From Burkholderiales bacterium (GTDB taxonomy: Bacteria; Pseudomonadota; Gammaproteobacteria; Burkholderiales; Ga0077523), in assembly GCA_019745565.1 (NCBI GenBank), contig JAIESW010000053.1:2024-66023 (forward strand): 64,000 nucleotides of DNA, written 5' to 3'. Numbering within the stretch: the stretch's first letter is position 1; every line of letters starts with the position of its first letter. Shown here piece by piece: positions 55,260-64,000 of the stretch. Below the pieces are notes generated by a model, which was given only the letters and a program-made list of their open reading frames with translations, had not been told where the DNA came from and ran no database searches. The position numbers and the translations under genes are program-made.

Positions 55260-56027
55260 ATGTTCAAGAAGGTCCGCATCGCCATCCTCCTCCTGATCCT
55301 GATCAACGTCGGCGTCGGCGCATGGCTCACGCGGGCGCGGACGACTTCGTGGGAGCGGCCATTGCGAGTGGCCGTCTTCCCGATCGCGGCGGACGCGAGT
55401 CCTGCCACCGGCGGCTACATTGCCGCGCTGACCACCGAAACCTTCGCGTCCGTCGATGACTTCTTCCGTGAGGAGGGCAAGCGCTACGGCCTGACGCTCT
55501 CGCACCCGGTGGAAGTGCGGGTCGCCCACCGGGTGGATGGCCTGCCGCCACCGCCGCCGTACGGCGAGAGCGGCCTTTCCGTGCTGCTGTGGAGCCTGCA
55601 GATGCGGTTCTGGGCCTGGCAGCATGGCGAGGTCGAGGGGCCGGCGCCGCACGTGCGCATGTTCGTGATCTTTCACGATCCCAAGCTCTCGACCACAGTG
55701 CCGCACTCCCTGGGATTGCAGAAGGGGCTCATCGGTGTCGTCCATGCCTTCGCCTCGGAGGAGCAGACGGCGCAGAACAAGGTCGTCGTGGCCCATGAAC
55801 TGCTGCACACCGTGGGCGCCACCGACAAATACGATCCGGCGACGAACCTGCCCGTGTTTCCCGACGGCTACGGCGACCCGGATCAGCAGCCGCTGTTGCC
55901 GCAGCGCTTCGCCGAGATCATGGCCGGCCGTGTCGCCGTTTCGAAGACGGAAGCCGAAATGCCTGCGAATCTCGGTGCGGTGCTGGTGGGCACTGCAACG
56001 GCGCGGGAGATCAACTGGGTGCGTTGA
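55260..56027 (+). CDS. N-terminally anchored hypothetical protein with HExxH motif
   Basis: Anchor MFKKVRIAILLLILINVGVGAWL. HELLH at 55794-55808, followed by TVGATDKYD. I recognise no family. Confidence 0.55.
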   Translation: MFKKVRIAILLLILINVGVGAWLTRARTTSWERPLRVAVFPIAADASPATGGYIAALTTETFASVDDFFREEGKRYGLTLSHPVEVRVAHRVDGLPPPPPYGESGLSVLLWSLQMRFWAWQHGEVEGPAPHVRMFVIFHDPKLSTTVPHSLGLQKGLIGVVHAFASEEQTAQNKVVVAHELLHTVGATDKYDPATNLPVFPDGYGDPDQQPLLPQRFAEIMAGRVAVSKTEAEMPANLGAVLVGTATAREINWVR

Positions 56028-56048
56028 AGCGCGCCGAGATCCGAGGCA

Positions 56049-56299
56049 TCAACGGGTCGCCCGCCGCGCCGTGTCGAGCAGCGAGCGGTCGGCGACGGAC
56101 ATGCGATCGGCGGTCGCCTCGACCGACTCGGTAAGGGGGCGGCCAGTTCGACCGCTTGGACACCGGTGGCGGCGGTACCCACGACCCGGTAGCCCATCGC
56201 TTCGAGGTCTTCCTCAATGTCGAGGGCCACGGTCTGGTCGTCTTCTACCACCAGGACCGAACGTGGGGTGAGGGCGACATGTCCATGATTTGGCGCCAA
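56049..56299 (-). pseudogene. Remnant of a response-regulator receiver domain
   Basis: SVLVVEDDQTVALDIEEDLEAMGYRVVGTAATGVQAVELA is a typical REC N-terminus. Similarity is lost before the phospho-acceptor Asp. TTG start only. The ORF tail overlaps the opposite-strand gene. Confidence 0.35.
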
Positions 56300-56442
56300 T
56301 TATTGTTGGCGTTCGCGCGGATGCCGGAAACGCGGCGGCCGTCCGTCGTCGATGGGTGACGGGGACGACCGCAGGGCGGGCCCGGAATGCAAGGCGCGGG
56401 CGCCGGGCGCTTGAGAGTTTTCGGGGCGGGTGCCCCGGGGCG

Positions 56443-57156
56443 TTACAGCCCCTCGAGCAGGATGGTGCCGTTCACGTTGACGGCGATGCGGCTGGTGCCG
56501 GCCTCGACCATGGGGGCCTGCACGCTGTCGGCCGCGGCCGGGGCGCCGCGCAGACCCACGATCATCTGCTTCGGCATGGGGGGCATACCGCCGTCGGCGT
56601 TGACCGCCGCGTCCTTCACCTTGTAACCGCGGGCGCCGAAGCTCTGGGCGACCAGGTCGGCCCGGCGCTTGAAGTCATCGATCGCCGCCGTGGTCAGTTC
56701 GTCCTCGATCTTCCGGCGGGCCTCGGGTGAAACCGAAAAATAGACCCCGCCCAGCTTGAGCGTCGACTGCAGCTTGCCGACGAGATCCGACAGCGCCTTG
56801 AAGTCGGTGCTCTTCAGGAGCAGTTCGGAACGGGCGCGCCAACGCACGATGCGCGTCTTGTCGTAGACGGGGTAGGTCTGATAACCGCCGGTGCGGGTCG
56901 TCACTGCTGCGGTGGCCTTCGCCACCTTCACGGCGTCGGCAACCGCCTTGTTCACGGTGTCGGCGAGGCGCACGGGATTCGCATCCTCTTCCTCGACGTA
57001 CAGCGTCGCGTGCATCGTGTCGTTGTCGACGTCCATCGCGGCCTGGCCCTGCAGCGCCACGCGGCCGGTTTCATGGTCGTGACCGTGGTCCGCGTGGGCG
57101 AGCGGGGTGGCAGCCAGCACGGCGAGCAGGGAAAGGGCGGAAATCGTCTTGTTCAT
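56443..57156 (-). CDS. SIMPL/DUF541-family periplasmic protein
   Basis: Signal peptide, His-rich HADHGHDHE, then a family-like body. 237 aa. Confidence 0.8.
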   Translation of the reverse strand: MNKTISALSLLAVLAATPLAHADHGHDHETGRVALQGQAAMDVDNDTMHATLYVEEEDANPVRLADTVNKAVADAVKVAKATAAVTTRTGGYQTYPVYDKTRIVRWRARSELLLKSTDFKALSDLVGKLQSTLKLGGVYFSVSPEARRKIEDELTTAAIDDFKRRADLVAQSFGARGYKVKDAAVNADGGMPPMPKQMIVGLRGAPAAADSVQAPMVEAGTSRIAVNVNGTILLEGL

Positions 57157-57226
57157 CGGGTACCTCCAATAGAATGCGGACCGACTCTAACGCAACGCCC
57201 CGGGAAACGGGGTTACCTTGCCTGCC

Positions 57227-58924
57227 ATGACCCAGGACCGCGGCTACCGCCGCAACCTCACCAACTACGGCGACCGCAAGTTCGCCCTCTATCTGCGCCG
57301 CTCGTTCGCCCAGGCCACCGGGCTGTCGCGCGAGCTGATGGACAAGCCGATCGTCGGCATCGCCCGCACCGACAGCGGTTTCAACAATTGTCATCGCGGC
57401 GTGCCCGAGCTCGTTGAAGCGGTCAAGCGCGGCGTGCTCGCGGCCGGCGGGCTGCCGCTCGATTTCCCCACCGTTTCTCTGGGTGAGGTCTTCCTGAGTC
57501 CCACCAGCCTCATGTTCCGCAACCTGATGTCCATGGATACCGAGGAGATGATCCGTGCGCAGCCCATGGACGCGGTGGTGCTGGTGGGCGGGTGCGACAA
57601 GACCGTGCCGGCGCAGCTGATGGGTGCGGCGAGCGCCGACCTGCCCGCGATCCAGCTCGTGACCGGCCCCATGCTCGCGATGCCGTTCCGCGGCGAGCGT
57701 CTCGGCGCCTGCACCGACTGCCGGCGGTTCTGGGCGAAGTATCGCGCCGGCGAAGTGGACGACGCGGGCATCGACACCATCGAGGCGAACCTCGCCACCA
57801 CCGCAGGGACCTGTGCGGTGATGGGCACCGCGAGCACCATGGCGTGCATCGCCGAAGCGCTCGGCATGAGCCTGCCGAACACCGCAGGCATTCCGGCCGT
57901 GCACGCCGACCGCATCCGCGCGGCCGAAGCGAGCGGACGCCGCGCCGTCGCGATGATCACGCAAGGGCCGCGGCCTTCCGAAGTCATCACGCCGAAGTCC
58001 GTGGAGAACGCGCTCACCGTGCTGCTCGCGATCGGCGGTTCCACCAATGCTATCGTGCACCTCACGGCGATCGCGGGGCGCCGCGGGATCGACATTCCGC
58101 TCGCCCGCCTGAACGAACTGTCCGATCGCACGCCGGTGCTGGTGGATCTGAAGCCCACCGGCGCCTACTACATGGCCGACTTCCATGCCGCGGGCGGCAT
58201 GGACGCGCTGCTGTGGGAACTGCGTGATCTGCTGCATCTCGATTGCCTCACGGTCACCGGCGAAACGCTGGGCAGCCGTGTGCGTGAACCGGCGTTCGTG
58301 GATCGCGCCATCGTCCGCCCGCGATCGGAGCCGTTCCATCCGGTCGGAGGTCTCGCTGCCCTGTTCGGCTCGCTCGCGCCGAACGGTGCCATCATCAAGC
58401 GCTCCGCCGCTGATCCGAAGCTGTTCGAACGCGAGGCCCGCGCGGTGGTGTTCGAATCGCTCGAGGATCTCGCCGCGCGCATCGACGATCCTGCGCTCGA
58501 CGTGACCGCCGAGGATTTTCTGGTGCTGAAGCACGCCGGCCCCGCGAGTCCGACCGGCATGCCCGAGGCCGGCTACCTGCCGATCCCGAAGAAGCTCGCG
58601 CAGGCGGGCGTCAAGGACATGGTGCGCATCTCCGATGCGCGCATGAGCGGCACCGCGTACGGCACCGTCGTGCTGCACGTCTCGCCCGACGCCGCTTCGG
58701 GTGGACCGCTCGCCGTCGTACGCAACGGTGATCGCATCCGGTTGAGCGTGGCGCAGCGGCGCATCGACCTGCTGGTGGACGAGGCGGAACTCGCGCGTCG
58801 CCGCACGACGCTGCAGCCGCCGGTCTTTCCGTCGCGCGGCTATCAGCGCCTGTACGCGGATCACGTGCTGCAGGCCGAGCACGGCTGCGATTTCGACTTC
58901 CTGAAGGGGACGGGAGATGTTTAG
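57227..58924 (+). CDS. IlvD/Edd-family dehydratase (sugar-acid dehydratase-like)
   Basis: GGCDKTVPAQLMG and SDARMSGTAYG motifs. Start taken at ATG 57227. Confidence 0.9.
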   Translation: MTQDRGYRRNLTNYGDRKFALYLRRSFAQATGLSRELMDKPIVGIARTDSGFNNCHRGVPELVEAVKRGVLAAGGLPLDFPTVSLGEVFLSPTSLMFRNLMSMDTEEMIRAQPMDAVVLVGGCDKTVPAQLMGAASADLPAIQLVTGPMLAMPFRGERLGACTDCRRFWAKYRAGEVDDAGIDTIEANLATTAGTCAVMGTASTMACIAEALGMSLPNTAGIPAVHADRIRAAEASGRRAVAMITQGPRPSEVITPKSVENALTVLLAIGGSTNAIVHLTAIAGRRGIDIPLARLNELSDRTPVLVDLKPTGAYYMADFHAAGGMDALLWELRDLLHLDCLTVTGETLGSRVREPAFVDRAIVRPRSEPFHPVGGLAALFGSLAPNGAIIKRSAADPKLFEREARAVVFESLEDLAARIDDPALDVTAEDFLVLKHAGPASPTGMPEAGYLPIPKKLAQAGVKDMVRISDARMSGTAYGTVVLHVSPDAASGGPLAVVRNGDRIRLSVAQRRIDLLVDEAELARRRTTLQPPVFPSRGYQRLYADHVLQAEHGCDFDFLKGTGDV

Positions 58925-60410
58925 CCTGGTCGATCAAGTGAAGAAGTTCCGACCGCTCGCCTGGACCCAGACCTTCCCGTGGCGCGAATGGCTGTTCGTC
59001 GGCGTGCCGGTGCTCCTGGCGATCTTCGTATGCTTCTGGATCGCGGCCCAGTTCATCAAACCGGCACCGCCCAAGCGCGTCGTGCTGGCCACCGGTCCGG
59101 ACGGCTCGGCGTACCAGGTCTTCGCCGAGCGCTACCGCAAGGTGTTCGAGCAGAACGGCGTGAAGCTCGAGGCGCTGCCGACGAAGGGCGCGCGCGAGAA
59201 CTACAAGTTGCTGCGCAGCGCGTCTCCCGAGCCGAAAGAAGACCACGCTGCGCAGAACGGCGCACGCCCCGTGCCGGCGACCATCGCCGCGTCGACCGCG
59301 ACGGAGGAAGCGCCACCCCACGTGGATGCTGCCTTCGTTCGGGGCGGCATCGGCGACGTCGAGGAGGCGCCGCATCTCGTCTCGCTCGGCACCGTTGCGT
59401 ACGAGGCGCTGTGGGTGTTCTGCCGCGGTGATCATCGCTTCGACGATCTGCCGCCGTTGCACGGCAAGGCCGTGGCGATCGGCGGCAAGGGCGCCGGCAT
59501 GCGGCGCATGGTGACCACACTGCTCAAGGCCAACGGCACCGATGAAAAGGACTTCACCGCGCTCGACATCGGCGGGGTGCAGGCGGCGGAGGCGCTGCTC
59601 ACGGGCAAGGCCCAGTGCGCCTTCCTGCTGGAATCGCCCGAGGCCGGCATCCTGAAGGCGCTGTTCTTCGCGCCCGACGTCTACATGGTCGATTTCCGCC
59701 GGCGCGCCGACGCCTACGTGAAGAAGATCCCGTTCCTGCAGAAGGTGGTGCTGCCGGAGGGTGGCATCGACCTGCCCTCCAACATGCCCATCGCGCCGAT
59801 CACGCTGCTCGCTGCGCAGACGCAGATTCTCGCGCACGCCGATCTGCATCCCGCGATCCAGATGCTGTTCCTGCAGGCAGCGAAGGCGACCCACGGCGAA
59901 GTGGGGATGTTCAACCGCGAAGGTGAGCTGCCGGCGGCCAACAAGTTCGACTTCCCGATCTCGGATCAGGCCACGCGCTTCTTCGAGCGCGGCCCGCCTT
60001 TCCTGCAGCGCTATCTGCCGTTCTGGCTCGCGAACCTGGCCGACCGGGCGCTCGTCGTACTGATCCCGGCGCTGGCGATCGTGTTCCCGCTCGCGCGCAT
60101 CCTGCCGCCGCTCTACGCCTGGAGCATGCGCCGGCGCATCTTCCGCTGGTACGGCGAGCTGATGTACATCGAGAACGAACTGCGCCGCCAGCTCACGAAG
60201 GGTGAGACCCGCGACTTCGGCGAGCGCCTGGACTGGATCGAGCGCGAGGTGAACGAACTGCATACGCCCGTGGCATTCGCGAACCAGCTCTACCTCCTGC
60301 GCCAGCACATCGACTTCGTGCAGCACAAGCTGGAGCAGATCGCGCTCACGACCACCACGGGCAAGCACGCGATGCTGCCGGAGTTTGTGGGGAAGGACAC
60401 CGAACGCTAG
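58917..60410 (+). CDS. Membrane-anchored TAXI/NMT1-like solute-binding-domain protein
   Basis: N-terminal TM, binding-protein-like middle (VVLATGPDGSAYQVFAERY), then C-terminal TM(s) and a coiled tail. 8-bp overlap with the dehydratase gene. Confidence 0.65.
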   Translation: MFSLVDQVKKFRPLAWTQTFPWREWLFVGVPVLLAIFVCFWIAAQFIKPAPPKRVVLATGPDGSAYQVFAERYRKVFEQNGVKLEALPTKGARENYKLLRSASPEPKEDHAAQNGARPVPATIAASTATEEAPPHVDAAFVRGGIGDVEEAPHLVSLGTVAYEALWVFCRGDHRFDDLPPLHGKAVAIGGKGAGMRRMVTTLLKANGTDEKDFTALDIGGVQAAEALLTGKAQCAFLLESPEAGILKALFFAPDVYMVDFRRRADAYVKKIPFLQKVVLPEGGIDLPSNMPIAPITLLAAQTQILAHADLHPAIQMLFLQAAKATHGEVGMFNREGELPAANKFDFPISDQATRFFERGPPFLQRYLPFWLANLADRALVVLIPALAIVFPLARILPPLYAWSMRRRIFRWYGELMYIENELRRQLTKGETRDFGERLDWIEREVNELHTPVAFANQLYLLRQHIDFVQHKLEQIALTTTTGKHAMLPEFVGKDTER

Positions 60411-60515
60411 AAGGGCGGGGGAACCCGCCCGGGCCGACCCGGCTCTGACCGCCCGAGAGAGGACTTCGTCCTCCCATGAGAACAACGGTGCGCGAAGCGT
60501 CGGGAGTCCATCGCC

Positions 60516-61505
60516 ATGAGAAAGCGTCTGCTGTTCGCCGTCCTGTGCGCGGCGTTGCCGGTATCCGCGCAGCCGCAGTCCGAAGCCGACATCGAGCACA
60601 GCGACTTCTTCATCATGGGCGGTGCGCTGCGCGGTTTGAGCGAGACCACGTGGACGGCGCAGAGCGGATTCATCTACCGGCCGGACGAGAAGCGCTGGGG
60701 TCTCGGGTTCGCGTACAACAACGACGGCCACCTCACCAACAACCATCGCGACGGTCTCGCGGCCCAGGGCTGGTACGTCCTGCCGCTCGGCGAGCGGTTC
60801 GAACTCCAGCTCGGGACCGGCCCCTACGCGACCATGAACAACACCACGATCGACGGGGAACGGCTGAACGATTTCCGTCTGGGACTGATGACCTCGGCCG
60901 CGCTCAAGTGGCGGTTCTCGCCGGGCGGCTGGTACTTCCGGACCCAATACAACAACACCTGGGTACCGGGTTCGTTCAATTCGAACGCGGTGCTGTTCGG
61001 CCTAGGGCGCGATTTCACCGACACGGCGGATTCGGAGAATCCCCTGGGGCTGAATGCCCAGGTCAGCGTATGGGGCGGAACCTCCAGGACCACCCAGCTC
61101 GGCACGCAGAACAGCGCGGCCGCCTATCAGCTCGAAGCCCAGTACCTCCTCGATTCCGATCACTGGTGGAAGCCGTCCGGGATTTCCGTGGCGTTCCTGT
61201 CCGAGGGCGACACGATCCTCGCCCACCGGACCGGGGTGCCGGTGCAGTTGTGGTGGAGCACGGCGCCCGACCGGTTCACCTTCAGTTTCGGCGCCGGCCC
61301 CTACGTCGCCTATGACGGCGCGCGGGATCAGGAACTCAATCTGATGGGCATCCTGAGCCTGCGGGCCGCCTACCGGCTGGCCGAGACCCGGCGGCACACC
61401 CTGGAGGCCGGGTTCATGTACACGCGCGTTGCCTCGTTCTACAACCGGGATCAGGACATTTTCATGCTCGGCCTGCGCCTGGGCGGGCGCGTCGGAAAGC
61501 GTTGA
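60516..61505 (+). CDS. Secreted, internally duplicated beta-barrel-like protein (PagL/acyloxyacyl-hydrolase-like?)
   Basis: Signal peptide. The halves align (HRDGLAAQGWY...ERFELQLGTGPY versus HRTGVPVQLWW...DRFTFSFGAGPY). Confidence 0.5.
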   Translation: MRKRLLFAVLCAALPVSAQPQSEADIEHSDFFIMGGALRGLSETTWTAQSGFIYRPDEKRWGLGFAYNNDGHLTNNHRDGLAAQGWYVLPLGERFELQLGTGPYATMNNTTIDGERLNDFRLGLMTSAALKWRFSPGGWYFRTQYNNTWVPGSFNSNAVLFGLGRDFTDTADSENPLGLNAQVSVWGGTSRTTQLGTQNSAAAYQLEAQYLLDSDHWWKPSGISVAFLSEGDTILAHRTGVPVQLWWSTAPDRFTFSFGAGPYVAYDGARDQELNLMGILSLRAAYRLAETRRHTLEAGFMYTRVASFYNRDQDIFMLGLRLGGRVGKR

Positions 61506-61778
61506 CCGCGGGGTCCCGGTGGCCGCCGGGACCGCGTTCCTGACCGGCCGGGCCGCGATTTCCACCGGATTCCAGGGGTTCCGCGGACGCCGGCGTCCAC
61601 CGTTTGTCGCCTCGGGCGGCAGTTCGGCGCCCGAAACCGGTCATTCGTCGCACACCCGTGGCTCCCTCCTGGGGTGGCTGCGCATCATGGCATCGCAGTC
61701 TGATGAAACGCGTAGGGCGAAGGCCCGGCGGTCATCAGCAGCCCAAGTCGAATCACCCCACCGCTCAAGGAGAACGCC

Positions 61779-62039
61779 ATGAATGCTCGCAAGACTCTTC
61801 TCGCCGTCGCCGCTCTGACCCTCGTTTCCGCCTCGGCCTTCGCGGCCGGTACCCCCGTCGAACAGGACAATCGTGGCGGCCATGGCCGCACGGCCCTGGG
61901 CGCGGTGAAGGTTGCCGCCGCCGACCAGATCGGTACGCGTGACCGTTCCGGCAACGAAGTGGCTGCCAAGGCCGCCACCCGCACCGTCAGCCAAGTGGCG
62001 GTGAACGTGGCCGCCCCGCGCGACGGCTCCGGTTCGTAA
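61779..62039 (+). CDS. Small secreted protein, unknown function
   Basis: AAGGAGA lies 5 nt upstream. Signal peptide MNARKTLLAVAALTLVSASAFA. 86 aa. Followed by a terminator. Confidence 0.6.
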   Translation: MNARKTLLAVAALTLVSASAFAAGTPVEQDNRGGHGRTALGAVKVAAADQIGTRDRSGNEVAAKAATRTVSQVAVNVAAPRDGSGS

Positions 62040-62126
62040 GTTCCGGGCAATGGGGTGACGCCGCCGCGTCACCCCTGAAGCACCGCGGCGCCAACCTCTC
62101 CCTCCTCCCGGCGCCGCGTACTCGAT

Positions 62127-62172
62127 CCGCCGGATGCGGCATTCGTATCCCCTCGCATCCGGCGGTTTTTTT
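62127..62172 (+). terminator. Rho-independent terminator
   Basis: ccgccggatgcg (62127-62138) pairs with cgcatccggcgg (62154-62165), followed by seven T (62166-62172). An extra hairpin ggggtgacg/cgtcacccc sits at 62052-62075. Confidence 0.8.
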
Positions 62173-62290
62173 CGGTCGATCCTGACCGGAGATGATGTCC
62201 CCCGACGGGCCTGCGGCCCCTCCCTTGGGTGAGCTGGCCCCTGGGCGACCCTGCGAAGGGTGAGATGATGCCGGCATCCGGAGTGCTACC

Positions 62291-63469
62291 ATGCAGCCGA
62301 CCGTTTCCGCCATGAGCCTCGCCTCCACCCAGCGCGCCGCGCTGCCGCCGCTTCCCGCCACCGCCGGCATCTGCCTCGTCCAGTTCTCGCGCGACGTCGC
62401 CGTCTGGCTGGTGCTGAACAGCGCCATCGCCGGCATCCTCTATCTGGGCATGGACGCCGGCAACGGCATGACCTACAGCCGGCTGTGGGTCTTTTCGCAG
62501 TGCATCGGCCTCATCACGTTCTTCTCGTCGATGGTGGCGCGCCGTGTGTTCTGGCCCGGCCGCATCCCGACGCCCTGGGGCATGGTCCTCGTCTACCTCG
62601 GGGCAGTTCCCCTGGGCTACGTCGCGGGCTACTCGCTCGCGAGCTGGATGCTGGGCTCGCCGGAGGGCATCATCGATTTCGCGCGCGAAGTGACGCAGGC
62701 CGAGATGGCCGCGCGTGCCGGCGCGCTCACGCTGCTCATCACCATGCTGGGCGGCGCCTTCGGCGTGTTCCTGCTGTGGCGCCGCGCGGAAGTGGCGCAT
62801 CTGGAAGCCGAACTCGCCCGTCAGGCGCTGCGCGCCGAGGAAGTGGAGCGCCGCGCCACCGAATCGCACCTGCGCATGCTGGCCGCGCAGATCGAACCGC
62901 ACATGCTGTTCAACACGCTCGCGAACCTGCGTTGCCTGGTCACGACCGATCCCTCGCGCGCGCAGTTCATGCTCGATCGTCTGATTCAGCTGCTGCGGCT
63001 GAGCCTCGCGGTGTCCCGCTCGGAGCGCGTGTCGCTCAAGGACGTATTCTGGTTCCTCAATGCCTACCTTGACCTGCTCGCGATCCGCATGGGCGAGCGG
63101 CTCAAGTTCACGCTCGACCTGCCGCATGAACTGGAAGGCGTGATGGTCGCTCCGCGGCTGTTGCAGCCGCTGGTGGAAAACTCCATCAAGCACGGCCTCG
63201 AGCCGAAGGTCGAGGGCGGCTCGGTGCACGTGGCCGCCGCGATCGATGGCGATCGGCTGCTGCTCACGGTGGCGGATACCGGCGTCGGTCGCGCGTCGGA
63301 AGTGTCGCCGACGGGTGTGGGGCTCTCGCTGGTGGCGGAGCGGCTGACTGCTCTCTACGGATCCGAAGCGCGCCTCGACATCGCCGACAATCATCCGAGC
63401 GGCGTCAGGATCAGCCTGAGCATCCTTCTCACCTCGCTCGATGCCGACGGCGCTGATCGCCGAGGATGA
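62291..63469 (+). CDS. LytS/AlgZ-type sensor histidine kinase
   Basis: About 5 N-terminal TM spans, HMLFNTLANL (His_kinase) and LLQPLVENSIKHG (N box). Confidence 0.85.
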   Translation: MQPTVSAMSLASTQRAALPPLPATAGICLVQFSRDVAVWLVLNSAIAGILYLGMDAGNGMTYSRLWVFSQCIGLITFFSSMVARRVFWPGRIPTPWGMVLVYLGAVPLGYVAGYSLASWMLGSPEGIIDFAREVTQAEMAARAGALTLLITMLGGAFGVFLLWRRAEVAHLEAELARQALRAEEVERRATESHLRMLAAQIEPHMLFNTLANLRCLVTTDPSRAQFMLDRLIQLLRLSLAVSRSERVSLKDVFWFLNAYLDLLAIRMGERLKFTLDLPHELEGVMVAPRLLQPLVENSIKHGLEPKVEGGSVHVAAAIDGDRLLLTVADTGVGRASEVSPTGVGLSLVAERLTALYGSEARLDIADNHPSGVRISLSILLTSLDADGADRRG

Positions 63470-64000
63470 GCCGCTGCTCGCGGAGACGCTGGCGGCGGAA
63501 CTGAAGTCGGTCTGGCCTGCGGTGGAGATCGTCGCGCGCGCCGGCGACGGACTGAGTGCGGTCGAGAAGGCGCTGGCACTGCTGCCCGACGTGCTGTTCC
63601 TCGACATCCGCATGCCCGGGCTGACCGGCCTCGACGTGGCGCAGCGGGTCGCCGAGCGCTGGCCGGCCGACCGATCCGCGCCGGAAGTGGTCTTCGTCAC
63701 CGCCTATGATCAGTACGCGGTCGATGCCTTCGAGCACGCAGCGGTCGACTATCTGCTGAAGCCGGTGGAACGGGGTCGGCTGGAGCGCACGGTGGAAAGA
63801 CTCGAACGCCGTCTTGCACCTTCGAGCGCCGAGGCATCGCCCCCCGCCGACCTGCAGCGCCTGCTGGGCGAGATCCGCAAGGCCATGGGGCAGGGCGATG
63901 GTGCCGCGGGTGGAGCACTCAAGGTGATCCGCGCCGCGGTGGGCAATGCGGTGCGCCTGATCCCGATCGAGGAAGTCTTCTATTTCCAGGCCACCGACAA
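63441..64000 (+). CDS. LytR/AlgR-family response regulator (partial, runs off window)
   Basis: MPTALIAEDEPLLAETL..., FLDIRMPGLTG acceptor Asp, and a LytTR-like start IPIEEVFYFQATD. 29-nt overlap with the kinase gene. Confidence 0.85.
   Translation, partial: MPTALIAEDEPLLAETLAAELKSVWPAVEIVARAGDGLSAVEKALALLPDVLFLDIRMPGLTGLDVAQRVAERWPADRSAPEVVFVTAYDQYAVDAFEHAAVDYLLKPVERGRLERTVERLERRLAPSSAEASPPADLQRLLGEIRKAMGQGDGAAGGALKVIRAAVGNAVRLIPIEEVFYFQATD

Noticed and set aside
56011-56217. 68-aa minus-strand ORF as a continuation of the response-regulator stub.
   Set aside because: The translation (NWPPPYRVGRGDRRSHV...) shows no receiver-domain features. The third frame gives a short unrelated peptide. 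This is consistent with decay rather than a single correctable frameshift.
1-64000. Mobile elements, prophage, integrons, tRNA/rRNA genes, toxin-antitoxin or known defence systems.
   Set aside because: I found no transposase, integrase, recombinase, phage structural, cas, restriction or nuclease-type motif in any frame I read, and no cloverleaf-like tRNA candidates in the intergenic regions. A by-eye scan cannot exclude small RNAs, so a tRNAscan/Infernal run would be needed.

Overview
GC-rich (by eye about two-thirds G+C), densely coding chromosomal segment. Its content looks proteobacterial, probably Burkholderiales-like (Bug/TctC receptor, orphan class II HMG-CoA reductase, PEP-CTERM tag); that placement is inference only. 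I support about 65 protein-coding genes. I recognised no rRNA, tRNA, CRISPR array, transposase, integrase or phage gene. Main blocks: (i) 0-12 kb, assorted redox and repair genes (tas-like aldo-keto reductase, TPP enzyme, dodecin, TfdA-like dioxygenase, mvaA-like HMG-CoA reductase, ada plus a coupled 2OG oxygenase, OYE, osmC). (ii) 12.3-22.7 kb, a 12-gene plus-strand cluster joining a glycerol-type ABC importer to a PTS-dependent dihydroxyacetone kinase, with the phosphorelay split into separate EIIA, HPr and EI genes and an embedded XRE-like gene. (iii) 23-30 kb, oxidoreductases, a PEP-CTERM-tagged beta-propeller and a cytochrome c / 2Fe-2S / cytochrome c trio. (iv) 30.4-36 kb, a Fur-box-fronted tonB-exbBD-hemP-receptor-piuC iron block. 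(v) 40-48.5 kb, a nine-gene minus-strand string running chrB-chrA, PepSY-like, ChrB-C paralogue, DUF1259-like, LamG-like, then an Fe(III)-type ABC importer. (vi) 49-55 kb, beta-oxidation-type genes. (vii) 56-64 kb, envelope proteins and a LytS/LytTR pair. The non-coding layer is the most unusual part. Seven copies of a 90-116 bp double-hairpin REP-like element all lie in the first 23 kb, two of them inside the dha operon. A separate CACGAAG tandem-repeat hairpin family follows beta-oxidation genes. There is also an AT-rich ACTAAAC motif cluster and a palindromic Fur-like box. All calls rest on reading motifs by eye. No searches or folding were run, and start codons are provisional.
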